NCBI GenBank assembly: GCA_964016885.1
Contig: OZ024746.1
Span: 8,060,001 to 8,124,000 of the forward strand
Direction of reading: 5' to 3'
From: Eledone cirrhosa
Taxonomy: Eukaryota
DNA: 64,000 nt
The notes under the pieces were generated by a model. The model saw only the letters and a program-made list of their open reading frames with translations. It was not told where the DNA came from and ran no database searches. Shown here piece by piece: positions 26,556 to 40,495 of this stretch. The first letter of the stretch is position 1. The number at the start of each line of letters is the position of its first letter. The translations under genes and the position numbers were made by a program.

Positions 26556-27700
26556 ATTTTTTATTGACCATATATATTTGAATAAAAGTCAGGTATATGT
26601 GATAAAAAAAATATCCAATGGAGTGGGATATCAGTTTATATACACCATCTAAACAGCGTGTTGATTAGCTGCCTCAGCTTATAAATGGGGTTTGGATTTT
26701 TGCCCATTTCTCAGACATAAAATAGGAAGGTCAATTTATCTTCGGACCAGCTTATATTCAAGTATATATCAAGTAAATCCAAAGGCAAGTGAAGCTACAA
26801 ATAGTATTTAAGATATGAAACATGTGACTTATGTACAGATCAAAGGACCAGGGCAAAATAACATGTACACAAACAGGGTGCAACTTATATATGGATATAT
26901 ACTGTAAGTTTGAGGGCAGTGATCATATGTAACATTTGACACAGTATTTTACTCAGCTTACAATTCTGAGTAAATACTGCTATTGCTAAGATAGATAGAC
27001 AACCGTTTGAAAACTCTACCATATTGACTTTACACATTTCAACTGAGTATTCAATTGTCCACCTACAAGCTATATATTTACTTTATCAAAGATCAATAGA
27101 ATTTAATGAACAACAGCAAAAAGGATGTCTCCAAAAAACAAACATTATGTCAGTATATTTGAGAATGGTTAATAATAACAGCATGTTAATGGTCTCTGAA
27201 TTCTTACGACGCATTTTCTAATAATATATCTGATAATATTTTCTGCTTTCTGAGTTGAAGAAAGCTAAATAACCATCTTCTATACATATGTAAGATCTCC
27301 CAAACAGTCTGAATCTTATTTCTAGTGATACACCTGTTATTAATACAATCTATTATCTCAAATATAACCTTTATTTCACGCACCAAATGAAGTCATTATC
27401 TTATTCTGTGCTGAATGAGTATTAAGCTTATCAGGAGTAGTTACAGTAAATATAGATATAAACCATGTACCGTGTTCATTCAAACTGAATCTAAATTTTA
27501 GAATTGTGATACATATACAGGAAATGTTTTCTAATATTTTGGAATATTATATGGAAACTACTTAGTAAATATACACCCACACATATATATATATACACAT
27601 ACATACATACACACACACACACACGTGTAACACTTCCATAAAAAAATGTTTTTGCTTCTTTTTCTCTCCTTTTTCTTACTCTTCTCTATCTCACATTCTC

Positions 27701-27736
27701 TCTTCTGATGAAGAATTAATGTCCGAAATGTTAAGA
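27701..27736 (+). ncRNA. Degenerate minimal type I hammerhead motif (PLE-type)
   Basis: TCTT-CTGATGA-...-GAAATGTT-AAGA. Stem I is TCTT/AAGA, stem III looks like CpG-decayed AACGTT, and stem II is poorly paired. Confidence 0.55.
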
Positions 27737-28091
27737 CTATTTTCTTACTATAACAAGCATTAAACTAATATACATCCTCATTGTACCGTATTGTTCACCT
27801 GCATTGTCTTTCCTTGTTGACTTTTTGTACACACACACACAATCTATAATATAGGATGTGTTCTGGGGACATTAACAGAGAATGGATGGTAATAAGATTG
27901 AAGGTAGAATGTATGCAAGGGTGAGTTCTTATACAGATTCATTTGAGAGAAGTATGATAGAGATATCAGTATCTTAATATCCATTATTCCATAGATAGAT
28001 AGGTTAATTTGGCTGTATTTAGTTCACAATACAAGTACATCATTTACAAGTACATCATTTATTTCTTATTATGTAATACAAACAGATATAA

Positions 28092-28168
28092 AGACTGTCC
28101 ATAAAGTCTATCTACAATGTAAATACTTGTAGTATTTTAAATTGCATGCGAACTTTATGGAGAGCCTG
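28092..28168. mobile_element. Small Tc1/mariner-like MITE remnant
   Basis: Imperfect TIRs AGACTGTCCATAAAGT / ACTTTATGGAGAGCCT. Confidence 0.45.
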
Positions 28169-31100
28169 TCTAAACAAATTTTACCACAATTTACCATAAT
28201 TTAGCACATGGATGATATTAAAGTCAGACTATTACAGCTGGATAGAATTCCTGGCACAGATGTTTGCAAAAGTATGAGAAATATAGAGGGGATTCAATTA
28301 ATAAACATATCTGTGAGGTCTTATAGAAAGAATGCTTTTTATTGGATTTTCTAAATGTAGCCTTAAGCTAACAGAACAAGGCATCAGTCCCCACTAACAC
28401 ACACAAAAAAAACAAACATTCATTTTAATTATTCAGCCAAGAACAGATGTAAAACAAGCAAAAATAAAACTTCAAAACTATAAAACCTAACAATAAAAAA
28501 AATGTTATCACCAATGTTTGAAATGGTTAATAAAAACTTAAATCAATATTCTAAAAACAAAATAAGAGGAATAATAATTCTCCTTGAGCTTAACCTCATA
28601 CAAAAAAGGCCTACTGTTAAAATAAAATTAATTAACTACTGCAAAAATTAATTTCAAGAAAAAATATTTAAAGAAGCAAATTAAGAAGTTCTTTTCATTC
28701 TTGATAAGAACCTGATCCAACAACACTTATCCAATCAGATATGCATTGTTTTATCACACTTCACATTAATATCATGAATAAACATCTGCCTGATAGAAAT
28801 AATTAAACTTCAGACCAGAATAAACCTGTGTTTTCTTTACTCTACAGGTTTGTAGTTTCAATTAAATCAATATCCAGAGATAATTATGAAACCAAAGTAG
28901 TACCCATCAAAAATGATGGGGTTTATTTGAGTATGGAATAAATTATGCAGACATAATGTTTATGAAAGAGTAAGATAGAGACAGAGCTAAGCTGTTGATA
29001 GAACAAAGCTGTCAATAAATGGATGTAAAGGTCAGTAAGGTGAACTCTCTCTCTCTTTATCAGTCTTTCACTCTCACTATCTAGTTAGCATACCTATTAT
29101 CTATTTATTTATCTATCAATCCAATTTAATACATATTTAAGTGTATTTTAATAATTACAAATGGTGACATACGACACTGGAACAAAGGTTGTCAATTTCA
29201 CTTTATCCTCTAGATTCCTTTACTACAAGGCTGCGCGCGTGCGTGTGTTGTGTATGTGTAAGTGTGACATCTCTATAGCATGACAAAAAGTGACAGACTT
29301 TTGTATATAGAGAAAGAGATTTATATTTACTTGACTCACCTAATTCAAACCTAATTAAAATAAACACAAGGCCATTTCCTTTCCAAACATGAATGTGCCA
29401 ATGATCAAGAGAATTAATCTAAAAGTTAAAAGCATTTATTTTCACCTCAAGAACTCTGTTCCACTGACTGAGTTGATTAATATATTGTCAAGGTCGTATA
29501 AACAAAACAGGTGAAATAATACCTCAAGTCTTACATTTCCTCGAAAGAAGTATCTGCTCTAATTCTTATTTCGTTTATACAGGACGATCAAGTTACCTAC
29601 AGTTAGAATGTGTTGCATAAATGTAATATTGAATTTGCTAGATTTATAACAACTAAAGAGAATAGGAATTTAGTAGAGTACTTAATACCCAACTTACCTT
29701 GTCATGTCTAACTTATATTCTCATTCTCCCCTCCAACTTTTACCTCCCTCACACCTAATAAAACCGCTTTTGTCCAACCCATGCCAACAGTCATGGAAAG
29801 CTGGGCATTCTCCACATTTGCTCCCTCATAAGGCTGCTGCCACAGCAAAAAAAAACCCACTAAGTCCACCCTATATGGTGATCTGAGAGCACAACAAAAG
29901 TACCTAGTTTACCCTGTAAGGTAGTTGTGATGGTGACACACGAGGATCCCAGTCCATTCTCTATAGTGGTTATGTTGATGATGATGATGTACATATTTTT
30001 CTTTTTTCTCCATGGTTCATGTATTTTCTGTTTTGAGTTCTGCATATTTCCCTATTATTGGAATAATTGGTTTGTATGCCTGAGGGATGCTAACCTTTAC
30101 ATTGGGAGATAGAAGTGGAATGTATTTGTCAAACAAGAAAACTGAGGTGAGCAAACTGAAATGTCATAATTAAATAGCATTATTTAGAAGGACTGTTCTG
30201 ATTCCAAATCCCACCAGTATCAACACACCTTTCATCTTTGCAGACTACTAAATCTGTCTAATTGCTTGTAAATTTACAAAAAAAAAAAAAAATAATAATT
30301 GTTTCTACTTTAGGCACAAGGCCAGCAATTACCCAGTAATAGTAATAATAATAATAAATAAATAAAATATATCATCTCATACAAATGATAGAAATAATCT
30401 TTTAGAATTAACAATATTTATAACATTTTAATGTGTGTTGATGTGTCTTGGCACAGAACACTTTATGTACTTCAGCTTGCTGTTGATGAGAAGAACAAGT
30501 ATGTATAGGAAATATAATGGAGACAGCATTGAGAACTCTTTAGTCATGCAGAGGACAAGACAACCTCTCTAGTGTTGGTTGTCACACTGTAAAGTGTTTG
30601 GTATTAATTAGGAAGGACATCCAGCTGTGGAAATCATGCCAAAAATGGAATGTGCAAGTGGGACATGATCCTCTTAGACATTTAGAATCATAGTAACCCT
30701 GGATAACAGGCTCTGACCATAAGGAACCATCCAACTCATGCCAGCATGAAAAGTTGGGATAAAATAATAATGATGATGATGATGGCATTAACAATTAGTC
30801 TATTTTTTTTTTTAAGTTCATTTTACAAATTCTATTTATTATATATTATCTTGATGACTTTCTATCCTAAATACTCTTGACAAGACATACATGATGGTCT
30901 GTGCCAACAGATATAAAATGAACATTAAACAAGTTTGTGCTATGAGTGACAAACCAGTTGTATAATTATTTTGTCATAGTTCCTAACTATACAGTATACA
31001 ATGCCTATATATATATATATATATATATATATACTATGCTTTTTTTTTCTTTTTAAGTTGACATTGCCATGTGTATCCTGGTTTTTAGAATAGGTGCACT

Positions 31101-32419
31101 GCATCCCTGCAAGTCATCAGAGACAACTAAAAGGGTTAGCATCAGGAAGGGCATAAGACTAAGACTATCTCAAAATATCCTGTCTAACACATGCCAGCAT
31201 GGAAAAGTAGACATAAAAACGATGATGATGATGATGAACTTTGTTTAAATGCTAGTGTAATCTGATGAAAAGTGTAGTATGGTGGAAGATATGCTTTAAA
31301 ACTATATATGCTGGTTCCACACCTTGGGTTGTTATAGCTGTCATCACTTCAGATATTTCTACAGAGTCAAACATATTTTGTTAACCTACAAAGGTTATGT
31401 AAAGTGGAGTGTTATATTGTCACATTTTTTTTGCATTAGTTGATTCATGGTTAAGTTAGTGGTAAAAGGCACAAGACAGAAGTTTTAATTCTCTAAACTA
31501 TTCACAGTCGGCTTAGAAAGTGTTTCAAAAACTGGAAACTACAATGGTAAGGAGATGAAATGGGAATCAAAATTAACATTGAAGTCCAGAGTGACCAATT
31601 CACTGCAACCAACCCAACCCTTGCTAGCAGGGAAAACATGTTAAATGATGATGAAACAAGTGTGTCAAGAGATCTGACCATATTTTAGATTTTGTTAAAA
31701 AATGAAAACAAAGCAGGAAATCTAAAAAGGAATGTGGAAATATTTATAGATGAAGTTCCTGACCAAAAAACATCCTTTCAAATAGTAAACATTTACATTA
31801 GTTTTGACCAAATTATAAGTTCAATATCTATTATCGCATGTAGGAGAGATGCAAATATCAGCTAAGTCTATCGTAAAGGTCACCTCACTGCCTTCCTTTG
31901 GCTGAGAAGGGCAGGAAACTTTCTTCAATTTGTTGGCATTGGAAAAAAGGGGTTGTCTTGTGGAAAAGATGGAAAAAACTGAAGACACTTTATTCAAGGT
32001 GCCATGCACTGGGATAGAACCCAAAACAGCTATGAAGTTAACCTCTTTAGTACACAGCCTTGCATGTGCCTACCATCATCATCGTTTCCCTGCTAGTAAA
32101 GGTTAGCCAGATCTCCAGTTGACCATGTTGGTACTTGTACAACACTCTCTTATGCAGATGTTAGCAGCTTTTCATTCTCCTTATCTCTTCATTTGCAAAC
32201 ATCATCCACATGCAACATATATACTTCATGCTATGTACACATTTCTTTGAGCAGAGGGAACTCAAAAACATCCTCCTGTACAGACATGATAAACTAGTCT
32301 CCTTCAACAGCACCAAATACTAAATCACAACATCTAATGTCGAAAGTCTTACACAGGAACAAACAACTAAAACTTACTACAAACACTAATCCTCCTCCCA
32401 ATTTCAAACAATCTCCTAT

Positions 32420-32630
32420 AACAATCTCATAACATTGTCAAAGCTGCATCCCACAGATTAGGCTTCCTCTTCATGTTGAGAAAACACTTGAGCCTTGAAT
32501 ATCAGTAGATCCTCTACAAACCTCAACTAACATAATATTGAAGTACCATTTACATATTCAGGAGGTTACTGCTATTTCAACACAAACATCTTAGACTGCA
32601 GTCAAAAGAAGGCTTATTTGGCTGATTGAC
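32420..32630 (+). mobile_element. Degenerate LINE RT thumb-region fragment
   Basis: HNIVKAASHRLGFLFMLRKHLSLEYQ*ILYKPQL..., similar to the region after RT in CR1/Jockey-group LINEs. Confidence 0.6.
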
Positions 32631-32894
32631 AAAAAACTCATTCAACAGCATGTAGCAACAACCAGAGAGAACGAGAGAACATCTGAAAGGTCATTTAACA
32701 TGCTAAAAATAGTAGCCAAACCCTTCCTCAAATCTAATCCCACCATCAAAAACAAGGAAGGCACATCGTATAAGATAATCTTAGACACACCAGATGGTCA
32801 GAGCTGGAATTCTTTTGTTTGTAGGTTTACTCAAAACACAGTTGACCCAGATCTAAACCACCACCACCACAACTGGCTCACATTATACATATCA

Positions 32895-33042
32895 CCATGC
32901 TTTGCAGCACGGTTACGTCCCTTTACGGACTGAGTTCAAATCCCGCCAAGGTTAACTTTGCCTTTCATCCTTACGGGGTCGATAAAATAAAGTACCAGTA
33001 ATACACTGGGATAATTGCTGGCCTTGTGCCAAAAGTAGAAAC

Positions 33043-33047
<5 letters not shown>
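32895..33047 (+). mobile_element. 5'-truncated Deu/Nin-like SINE
   Basis: B-box, core and tail present. Confidence 0.85.
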
Positions 33048-33082
<35 letters not shown>

Positions 33083-33106
33083 ATGCATTCTAAACCACAA
33101 CTGGCT

Positions 33107-33141
<35 letters not shown>

Positions 33142-33166
33142 GCATTCTAAACCACCACAACTGGCT

Positions 33167-33213
<47 letters not shown>

Positions 33214-33531
33214 AAGTAAGTTCATAGAATCATTTGATAAAATATATACAGTATTTCTCCTCCCAATCAGTATAATTAACCACAAAAAATCAATTAAACG
33301 AGGCTATAAGTTTAAAATGTACCTATGAAGAAACAATAGATAAATAAATGATAGCTATTTTATCCGCGATCAACAGCCACAGAAGATTTACCTAGTATTT
33401 CTAATAGCCCGTAGAAATGGATTAGACATATAGCTAACCATACACAATTAGGTACAAAATCAAAGTTAGAAGAAAAAATGTACATAAACATACCAAAATT
33501 ATGTTTATGCATTCTAAACCACCACAACTGG

Positions 33532-33589
<58 letters not shown>

Positions 33590-33590
<1 letters not shown>

Positions 33591-35700
33591 TATATTTAAT
33601 TTGTTGGGATTCAACAAGCTTAAATTTTTTTATAACTGATATAAAGCACTCAACAGTTTAGTGGAGTAAATACAGTATCTAACTTATTATGGAACTTAAA
33701 ATCCAAGAATATTAACTATTCTTTATTTTGGAAGATGATCTCCAAAGCTCCTTCATACACTGCTCTATCCAAAAATTGCTCACTTTGTGTTGAAGAAATA
33801 TTCTTTATACTAAAAAGTAAGAACTCTATTAATTTGCGAAATAATTTATTTAGTTCTTGTAAACATCGTTTAAACTCAACTTTTAAATATATATATAAAA
33901 TGTAATATATGGTTAATCTCCTTTACATAATGTTTTCTATATCTATATATGATTCATATATATTTAATTTACTTTCTATTATCTCTACCTCATATATATA
34001 TTTTATATTATTACACCTATCAATAGATTATAAACTTTTTTTATATGACTGCTTGAAACTCTTAAGAAAAATTTTTTCTTGAAAAACTTACGGAAGGTTT
34101 TAGAAAATTCTTTGAAAGATATAGAAAAACCATTATTTTCATATCTTCAAACGTTTTTAATATATGTATCCAAATATTTATATATATGTGGAATAACATA
34201 TGGTTTTTATATATAGGTTTTTTTTTATATATATGTGGAATAAACTATGGTTTATGTTTTAACTATATTCTTAAGATAAATCTTTTTTAACTTTATAACA
34301 AGTATGACTTCTTATAAAATAACCTATGGTTTATGTTTTAATTATATTCTTAAGATAAATTTATGACTTTGTATAAAATAACATGATTTATGTTTTAATT
34401 ATATTCTTAAGATAAAATTTTTACCTTTATAACATTTAATCCTTGGAGTCATTTGAGATCTTAAAAAAAAAAAAAATAAATAAAAAAAATAAAAAAAATA
34501 AAAAAAAATAAAAAATAAATAAATAAATTTAAAAAAAAAAAATCACTTCTAACTTCCTTTACACTTCCTTACTGTTTTTATAATATAATTAAGTAGTTAT
34601 TCCTTTGTAAACTCTCGTAAATTTTTCATAAATTTAGAATTATTTGGATGTTTAAATTTTGACTTACAACTATTAATAAATATAATTTTGCCAAACTTAC
34701 TTTAATAAAATAAACTATACTAGATTTTCTCTAATGTAAAATATTATATATTTATTTAAATAATTTATAATCCTTTACACATATAAACCAATATATTATT
34801 ACTAATACATCTTAATATAATATAAATACTTCTGTTTTAATTTTAATATTAAATTTTAATATTAATTTTTAATATTAATATTAAATTATTAAATTAAATC
34901 TTTAATATTAAGGCACATTTTAATCTTTAATTTTGATTTCTAATTTTTAATTTTAATCTAATTTTTCAACCTATCATTATAGATATTATAATCACAACGT
35001 AATGAACCCTACATTATAAATATTCTTCTTCCACGTTAATCTTATTTCTTCTCTCACTTCTTTCACTTAGATATATTTACGCTGTGTATATTTCTCCATT
35101 GAAACTTATTTCTTCATTCACTCTATCTTCACTATCAATATGTATAATCATTCTTTCTTTCCTCTTCTCTTTCTCCTTTCTTTTTTTTTCTTTTTTCTCT
35201 CTCCCTTACATATCTTCTTCCAACAGTTTAATTTAAATAAACCGTTATCTTTTCAACCTTTCGGACACCCATAACTTTGTATCACCCTCAATAAATGTAC
35301 TCCACTATCCAGGAAGCTCCAACCGTTGAGGTTGTCTTTTTTCCGGGTATGTCAATATTTATTTATAAAACAAATCTGTATTTTATCTGATGAAAGCGCA
35401 CCATAATTTGCCTTGGTTGCCCTTGAAATATGTATAATAAAATAAATTTGGTTTTATAAATATAGTTTTCATATTATTATATATATATATATATATAAGT
35501 CTAAAATCTTTTCCTGAGTCCTGTATTTTCGTTGCTCTAGTGATGCGGCTGGACTGCCGATCGCTATATTTGATTTGCTAAGCTGTTTAAACGTATTATT
35601 ACTCTGTGGTACTGTTCCCCATCTGAGTGCTAAAGCTACAGACAGAATTTGCATTCGTTAGCTTGGCCGCGAACTAAAGCGTCGTTAATGCTGTACTAAA
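33590..35700 (+). mobile_element. 5'-truncated Penelope-like retroelement: GIY-YIG endonuclease C-terminal remnant, long AT-rich 3' region, pLTR with hammerhead
   Basis: About 33670-33900 translates as TVSNLLWNLKSKNINYSLFWKMISKAPSYTALSKNCSLCVEEIFFILKSKNSINLRNNLFSSCKHR. This fits the PLE GIY-YIG C-terminal pattern (W..LK...W.I...A.SY....K.C.LC..E...LN.R....S.C.H). Hammerhead at 35381-35442; bounded by (GA)n and (TA)n. Confidence 0.8.
35381..35442 (+). ncRNA. Minimal type I hammerhead ribozyme motif
   Basis: TTTTAT-CTGATGA-AAGCGCACCA...TGGTTGCCCTT-GAAA-TATGTATA-ATAAAA. Stem I is TTTTAT/ATAAAA, stem II pairs, stem III is ATA-TG-TAT, the cleavage triplet is AUA, and AATAAA follows. Confidence 0.8.
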
Positions 35701-35703
35701 ATT

Positions 35704-35746
<43 letters not shown>

Positions 35747-36546
35747 GCATTCTAAACCACCACCACCACAACTGACTCACATATACACTGTCTCTACAAC
35801 AGCTTCTGTCAGTCCCTGCATTACCCTAAACATTTCCCCCAATCATTCCTTCCCAATCTCCTTTGCCAATATCTTGCAGCCTAAACATCACTTGCATTGA
35901 TCTCACCAACATGAGAATACCTACAAAAACCAGATACACAGCCAATCCCCCTCCTCCTCCGACTAATTAAATAATACATACACACAAACAACTGTTTTAA
36001 AGTTGGCAATGACGATGAAAGTACACAATGTACACATATCATGAGAGTGTGTAGACAAGATTAATATTTAATATTTACATATTGCAGTGTTCATGGTCTG
36101 AAGAAGAGTCATTATCAATGGAAATATTAAATATTGACTGGTTTACCAGCTTTTTAACATAAATGTGTATTTAGCACTATAAAACTGTTCTATCCAGAAT
36201 TATTCTGATACATTCTCTTGTGACTTCTATATCATCATCCTCACTAGCATTTAACATCTATTTTTCGTGTGTGTGTGTGTGTGTGTGGTGAAATGAGATG
36301 ATAGGGATTGGGTTCCCTATCATTCCACTGCAAAGTGGTCGTGTAGGTGCCACGGCAAAAAATCACCCAGCACTCACTGTAAATGAGGTTGGTTTTAGGA
36401 AGGGCATCCAAATGTAGAAATCAAGCCGGAATCAGTTCCCGTCCCACCCTTGCAAGCAGGGAAGAAAGGACGTAAGATGATGATGATGATATATATATAT
36501 ATATATATATACGTATATATATATATATATATATACCATTTATGTG

Positions 36547-36870
36547 GAGGCACATGGCTTAGTGGTTAGAGCATTGGCTTTGCAATCGAAAGGTTGTGAG
36601 TTCAATTCTCAGACCGGGTGATGTGTTGTTTCCTTGAGCAAGACACTTTATTTCACGTTGCTCCAGTTTACTCAGCTGTAGAAATGAGATTATAGGGACT
36701 GGGATCCCTATCATTCGTGGAGGTGCCACGGCAAAAAAGCACCCAGCACTCACTGTAAATGAGGTTGGTGTTAGGAAGGGCATCCAGCTGTAGAAATCAA
36801 GCCAGAATCAGTTCCCGTCCCACCCTTGCAAGCAGGGAAAAGTGGACGTAAAATGAAATGATGATGAATG
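36547..36870 (+). mobile_element. Full-length composite tRNA SINE (tRNA head, CORE-like domain, one 48-bp-type unit, (GAT)n tail)
   Basis: A-box TGGCTTAGTGGTTAGA, B-box GAGTTCAATTC, CCTTGAGCAAGACACTT, then GCACCCAGCACTCACTGTAAA...AGGAAGGGCATCCAGC. A 5'-truncated copy lies at 36290-36490. Confidence 0.85.
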
Positions 36871-37173
36871 ATGATATATATATATATATAATAACTTTGG
36901 TTATATCATATTATGATATATCATCATCATCATCATCATCATCAGGTTTAGCGTCCGTGTTCCACGCTTGCATGGGTTTGGACGGGGGTTTTCCCACTTG
37001 AGGCAAGAGTGGTTGTCTTGCTCGCATAGGACTGTCTGGCGGGTTTTCTACAGTTGGATGCCCTTCCTAACACCAACCACATTTACAGTGTGGGGCTGGG
37101 AGGTTTTTACCGTGTTGCCTACACGGCCACATTTACAGCGTGGACTGTGTGTTTTTTGTCGTGACACCTACAC

Positions 37174-37208
<35 letters not shown>

Positions 37209-38589
37209 TCATACACACATGTGTGTGTATGAATATACAGCATCTGGAATTAGCTGTTGAAATGGCAAGAGCTCAGTCATTGGGCCCCGACTCTTTATAA
37301 TACACACACACATACTATTATACATACATGTACACACAAGTGTGTGTGTGTGTGTGTGTGTGTGAGAATGTGTGTGTGTGTGTGTGTGAGTGAGTGTGTG
37401 CATATGTGACATGCAAATGGCAGCTATCAATAGGATGTAACTGGAAATTTCAAAATGTTTAGTGTTGCTTAAAATGTAGGTTTTCAATGAAAAGAAGCCA
37501 ACTCTCGTTCAGAAGTATTTAAGGCATTAAGATGAACATTTGATATCAAACTGCCTTAAACTACACCTGGTTCTATGATACTAAGATGTTTATTATGAAG
37601 TGTTTATATTTAACTAAAAACCTATCATAATGTTATGTAAGAACCTTTGTTAAGTTATGTTCCAAACACCAACTTAATGAGAAAGTTGATTATATTATTA
37701 AATGCTTCAAAATTCTTGATTATTTTCAGTATTATTTGAAAAATAATGACAAATGTCTTTCAATAGGAATATGGTAACAAAAGAGTTAAGTTTATCACAG
37801 AACAAAAATTTATAGACCATTGTCTTTTGTAATAACATATATATGCAAATATTTTTTTTAATCTGTTTTATGCTTTGACTATCATAATTTCAAGTGTTTT
37901 AATCTGTCCTCCCTTGTACTCTCTCTCTCTCTCTCTCTCTCTTTTAAAATATAGGTGTTTGTGTGTGCCTCTCTCTCTGCCCATATATTAATCTAAAATA
38001 ATTTGAGAAAGTGGCATAATTTGCTGAAGATATACCAATTTCAATTATGCAATATACACATCCACACAGAGTAATTATTTTGCTGCAACCAGCAACGCAA
38101 GTCGGGAGTGTTAAAATGTATGGCATTTAATCAATACTAAGGAAATACCAGACAAACAATCTAAACAGCGGAAGGTTAAATAATGTTACCAGGATCGGAG
38201 AGAATCACCTGAAACTAATACATGTCTCAGAGTAGAATTTCTTCAGACATTGAGTTCAAAGCACCAAAGTGCACTCAAATAGTTATTGCAAGATCCCTAA
38301 TGGGGAGATGTTTCTTAAAAGAAAGGATGGTATTTTTTAGAATTTTTTTTTTAATTACGAAAATTAAATTTAAAAAAAAAAAAGCAACAGCAAATCACAT
38401 ATGAAAATTAAAAAACAAACAAACAAATATCATGAGGTAAAATAAATGTAAAAAAACAACACTGTCGCTTGATAAATGAAGTGTAGAAATATTTTGAAAT
38501 ATATTGTAGTGTTGCATAGCAATAAGACAGAGGTGAATGTAGAGGATGCAAAGGTTGGAGAGAAATGAAGCAAAGCATGCTTCAGTAGA

Positions 38590-38830
38590 TTTGTAATATA
38601 AACGTACATGAACAACAGAGCATGAAGATAAGAGAAAAACTGGGTATAAGAAGAATCAGATGTAGTGCACAAGAGAGAAGACTGCACTTGTATTGGCATG
38701 TGATGCAGATGGATGAAGAAGTACCAAGAGACCCAAGTGGAAGGAAGAAAGCTGCAGTAGAAGACCAAGGAAATGACAAAGGAACGAATGGATGGAAACT
38801 GTTGGTAAAGCCCAATGGAAAAGCAGATGT
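38590..38830 (+). mobile_element. RTE-like LINE 3' remnant
   Basis: IREKLGIRRIRCSAQERRLHLYWHVMQMDE motif; a related remnant lies near 24440-24720. Confidence 0.65.
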
Positions 38831-38969
38831 AAAATGTTAATGATAATGGTGGTGATGAAATGGAAGTGAGAAAGAAATATTAACAAGCAAAGTAGAGAAG
38901 GTTCCATCTGAGTAAGAGGAGTGTATTCCAGATAGTGTTTTGGCAGATATGATTAAGATCAAAGAAATG

Positions 38970-39230
38970 TTAACCCTTTTGATATACTAAACGTCTTGAA
39001 ACTACCCCTGGTTCTATGATACAAAACAGTATATTTTAAAGTATTTATATTTATCTAAAACCTTCCATCGTTATTTTATGTCAGAACCTTTGTTAAGTTA
39101 TACCCCAAAAGCAGATTAATAATGAGAAAGTTTATATTACTAAAGTCATTCAAATTCGTGATTATTTTCAAAGTAATTTGAAAATAATAGAGAGTGTTTT
39201 TCATGAGAAATATGGTAAGGAAAGAGTTAA
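38970..39230. mobile_element. piggyBac-type MITE, family B
   Basis: TTAACCCTTTTGATA...AAAGAGTTAA; homologous to 4533-4948. Confidence 0.75.
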
Positions 39231-40203
39231 AGCATTTATATATTGTTTGGTTGTTTATCCCCATGTCAAACGATCAAGTAAATGTATGATCAAATGGAAT
39301 GTCTTTTTTTTAAGTGAAACAAAAAAGTTCCAACAGATACTTATTTAAATTATCTACACTTTGCCTTTCATCCTTACAGGGTCGATAAAATGAAGTACCA
39401 GTAACACACTGGGATTGATTTAATTGACTTTTCTCTCCCCCAAATTGTTGGCCTTGTGCCTAAATCCGAAATCATTATTACCCAATAAAGAAATCATTAT
39501 AATTACTATTTCATATATTACTGTATTTCCTGGTGTTGAAGATGCTATTTTTTCCTCTAAAATAAGTCTTGAAAATCTACCATGATCCTGGAGGCCTAAA
39601 GTTGCATTTCTCATAGGTATATCCTAACACCAGAGAATTATTATCTCTGCTAGACAGTCATCTCAACTCCTATATATAACCTCTCAATGAAGTGTATAAA
39701 TTATACTCAGTTAAAGTAGTAAATAAACAAAATATTAAATTACGTAACAAGATTCAAATTGCCAGGACCTTATTTTTATGTTTATCATTGTTTTTCAAAT
39801 TTTTGTTTTTTGACAAAATACAGTATATTCTGAATCACCCACAATGTAGTAGAAAAAAAACTTAGTTTTTGTAATTTGTCCTGCTGTTACACATCTCCAT
39901 TTTAGCAATAAAAGAAATCATTAATAATAGTTTATTTTTAGCAACAATCCTTGTAGTATTTATAGTGTATATAAATATAGATAAATATACAATATAACAA
40001 AAATAAAAAATTTCAAAAGATAAATATCTTGCTTCTAAAGAGATTTTCATTTTGTATACAAAAATAAAAAGAAAACTTGGTATGTTTCACACAGAACCAA
40101 CCCTGCCGCCACCACCACCACGTCCATTTTCTACGCTAGCATGGGTTAGACAACCTTACAATTGTGAGCTCAACACTCTAATCACTAAGCCACACACACA
40201 CAC

Positions 40204-40248
<45 letters not shown>

Positions 40249-40251
<3 letters not shown>

Positions 40252-40446
40252 ATAATAATAAATTTGAAGTCTAAAATCCAAAGAGGACTCGATAAGGATA
40301 AATATATATCAAATATATAAGAACTGTAGAGCAAATATTTATTAAAATAACAGATTAAAGTTTAAGCAAAGAATCGCTGCTTTCACCCTTAACGGGATAA
40401 GCAGCGATTCTTTGCTTAAACTTTAATCTGTTAATTTAATAAATAT
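40249..40446. mobile_element. PLE-like inverted pLTR hairpin between (TA)n tracts
   Basis: Arms of about 47 bp (40335-40382 and 40399-40446). The minus strand reads CCC-GTTAA-GGG-T-GAAAGCA...TGCTT, a hammerhead 3' half. Confidence 0.6.
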
Positions 40447-40495
40447 ATATATATATATATATAATATATCCCATATATACATATATATATATATA

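Noticed and set aside
29699-29882. Minus-strand exon with AAG|GTAAGT donor
   Set aside because: It overlaps a SINE-tail remnant and has no convincing reading frame. At most a cryptic or UTR exon.
36556-36625. tRNA gene (also the heads of other SINE copies)
   Set aside because: A and B boxes are present, but the sequence continues into a SINE body and no complete cloverleaf is evident.
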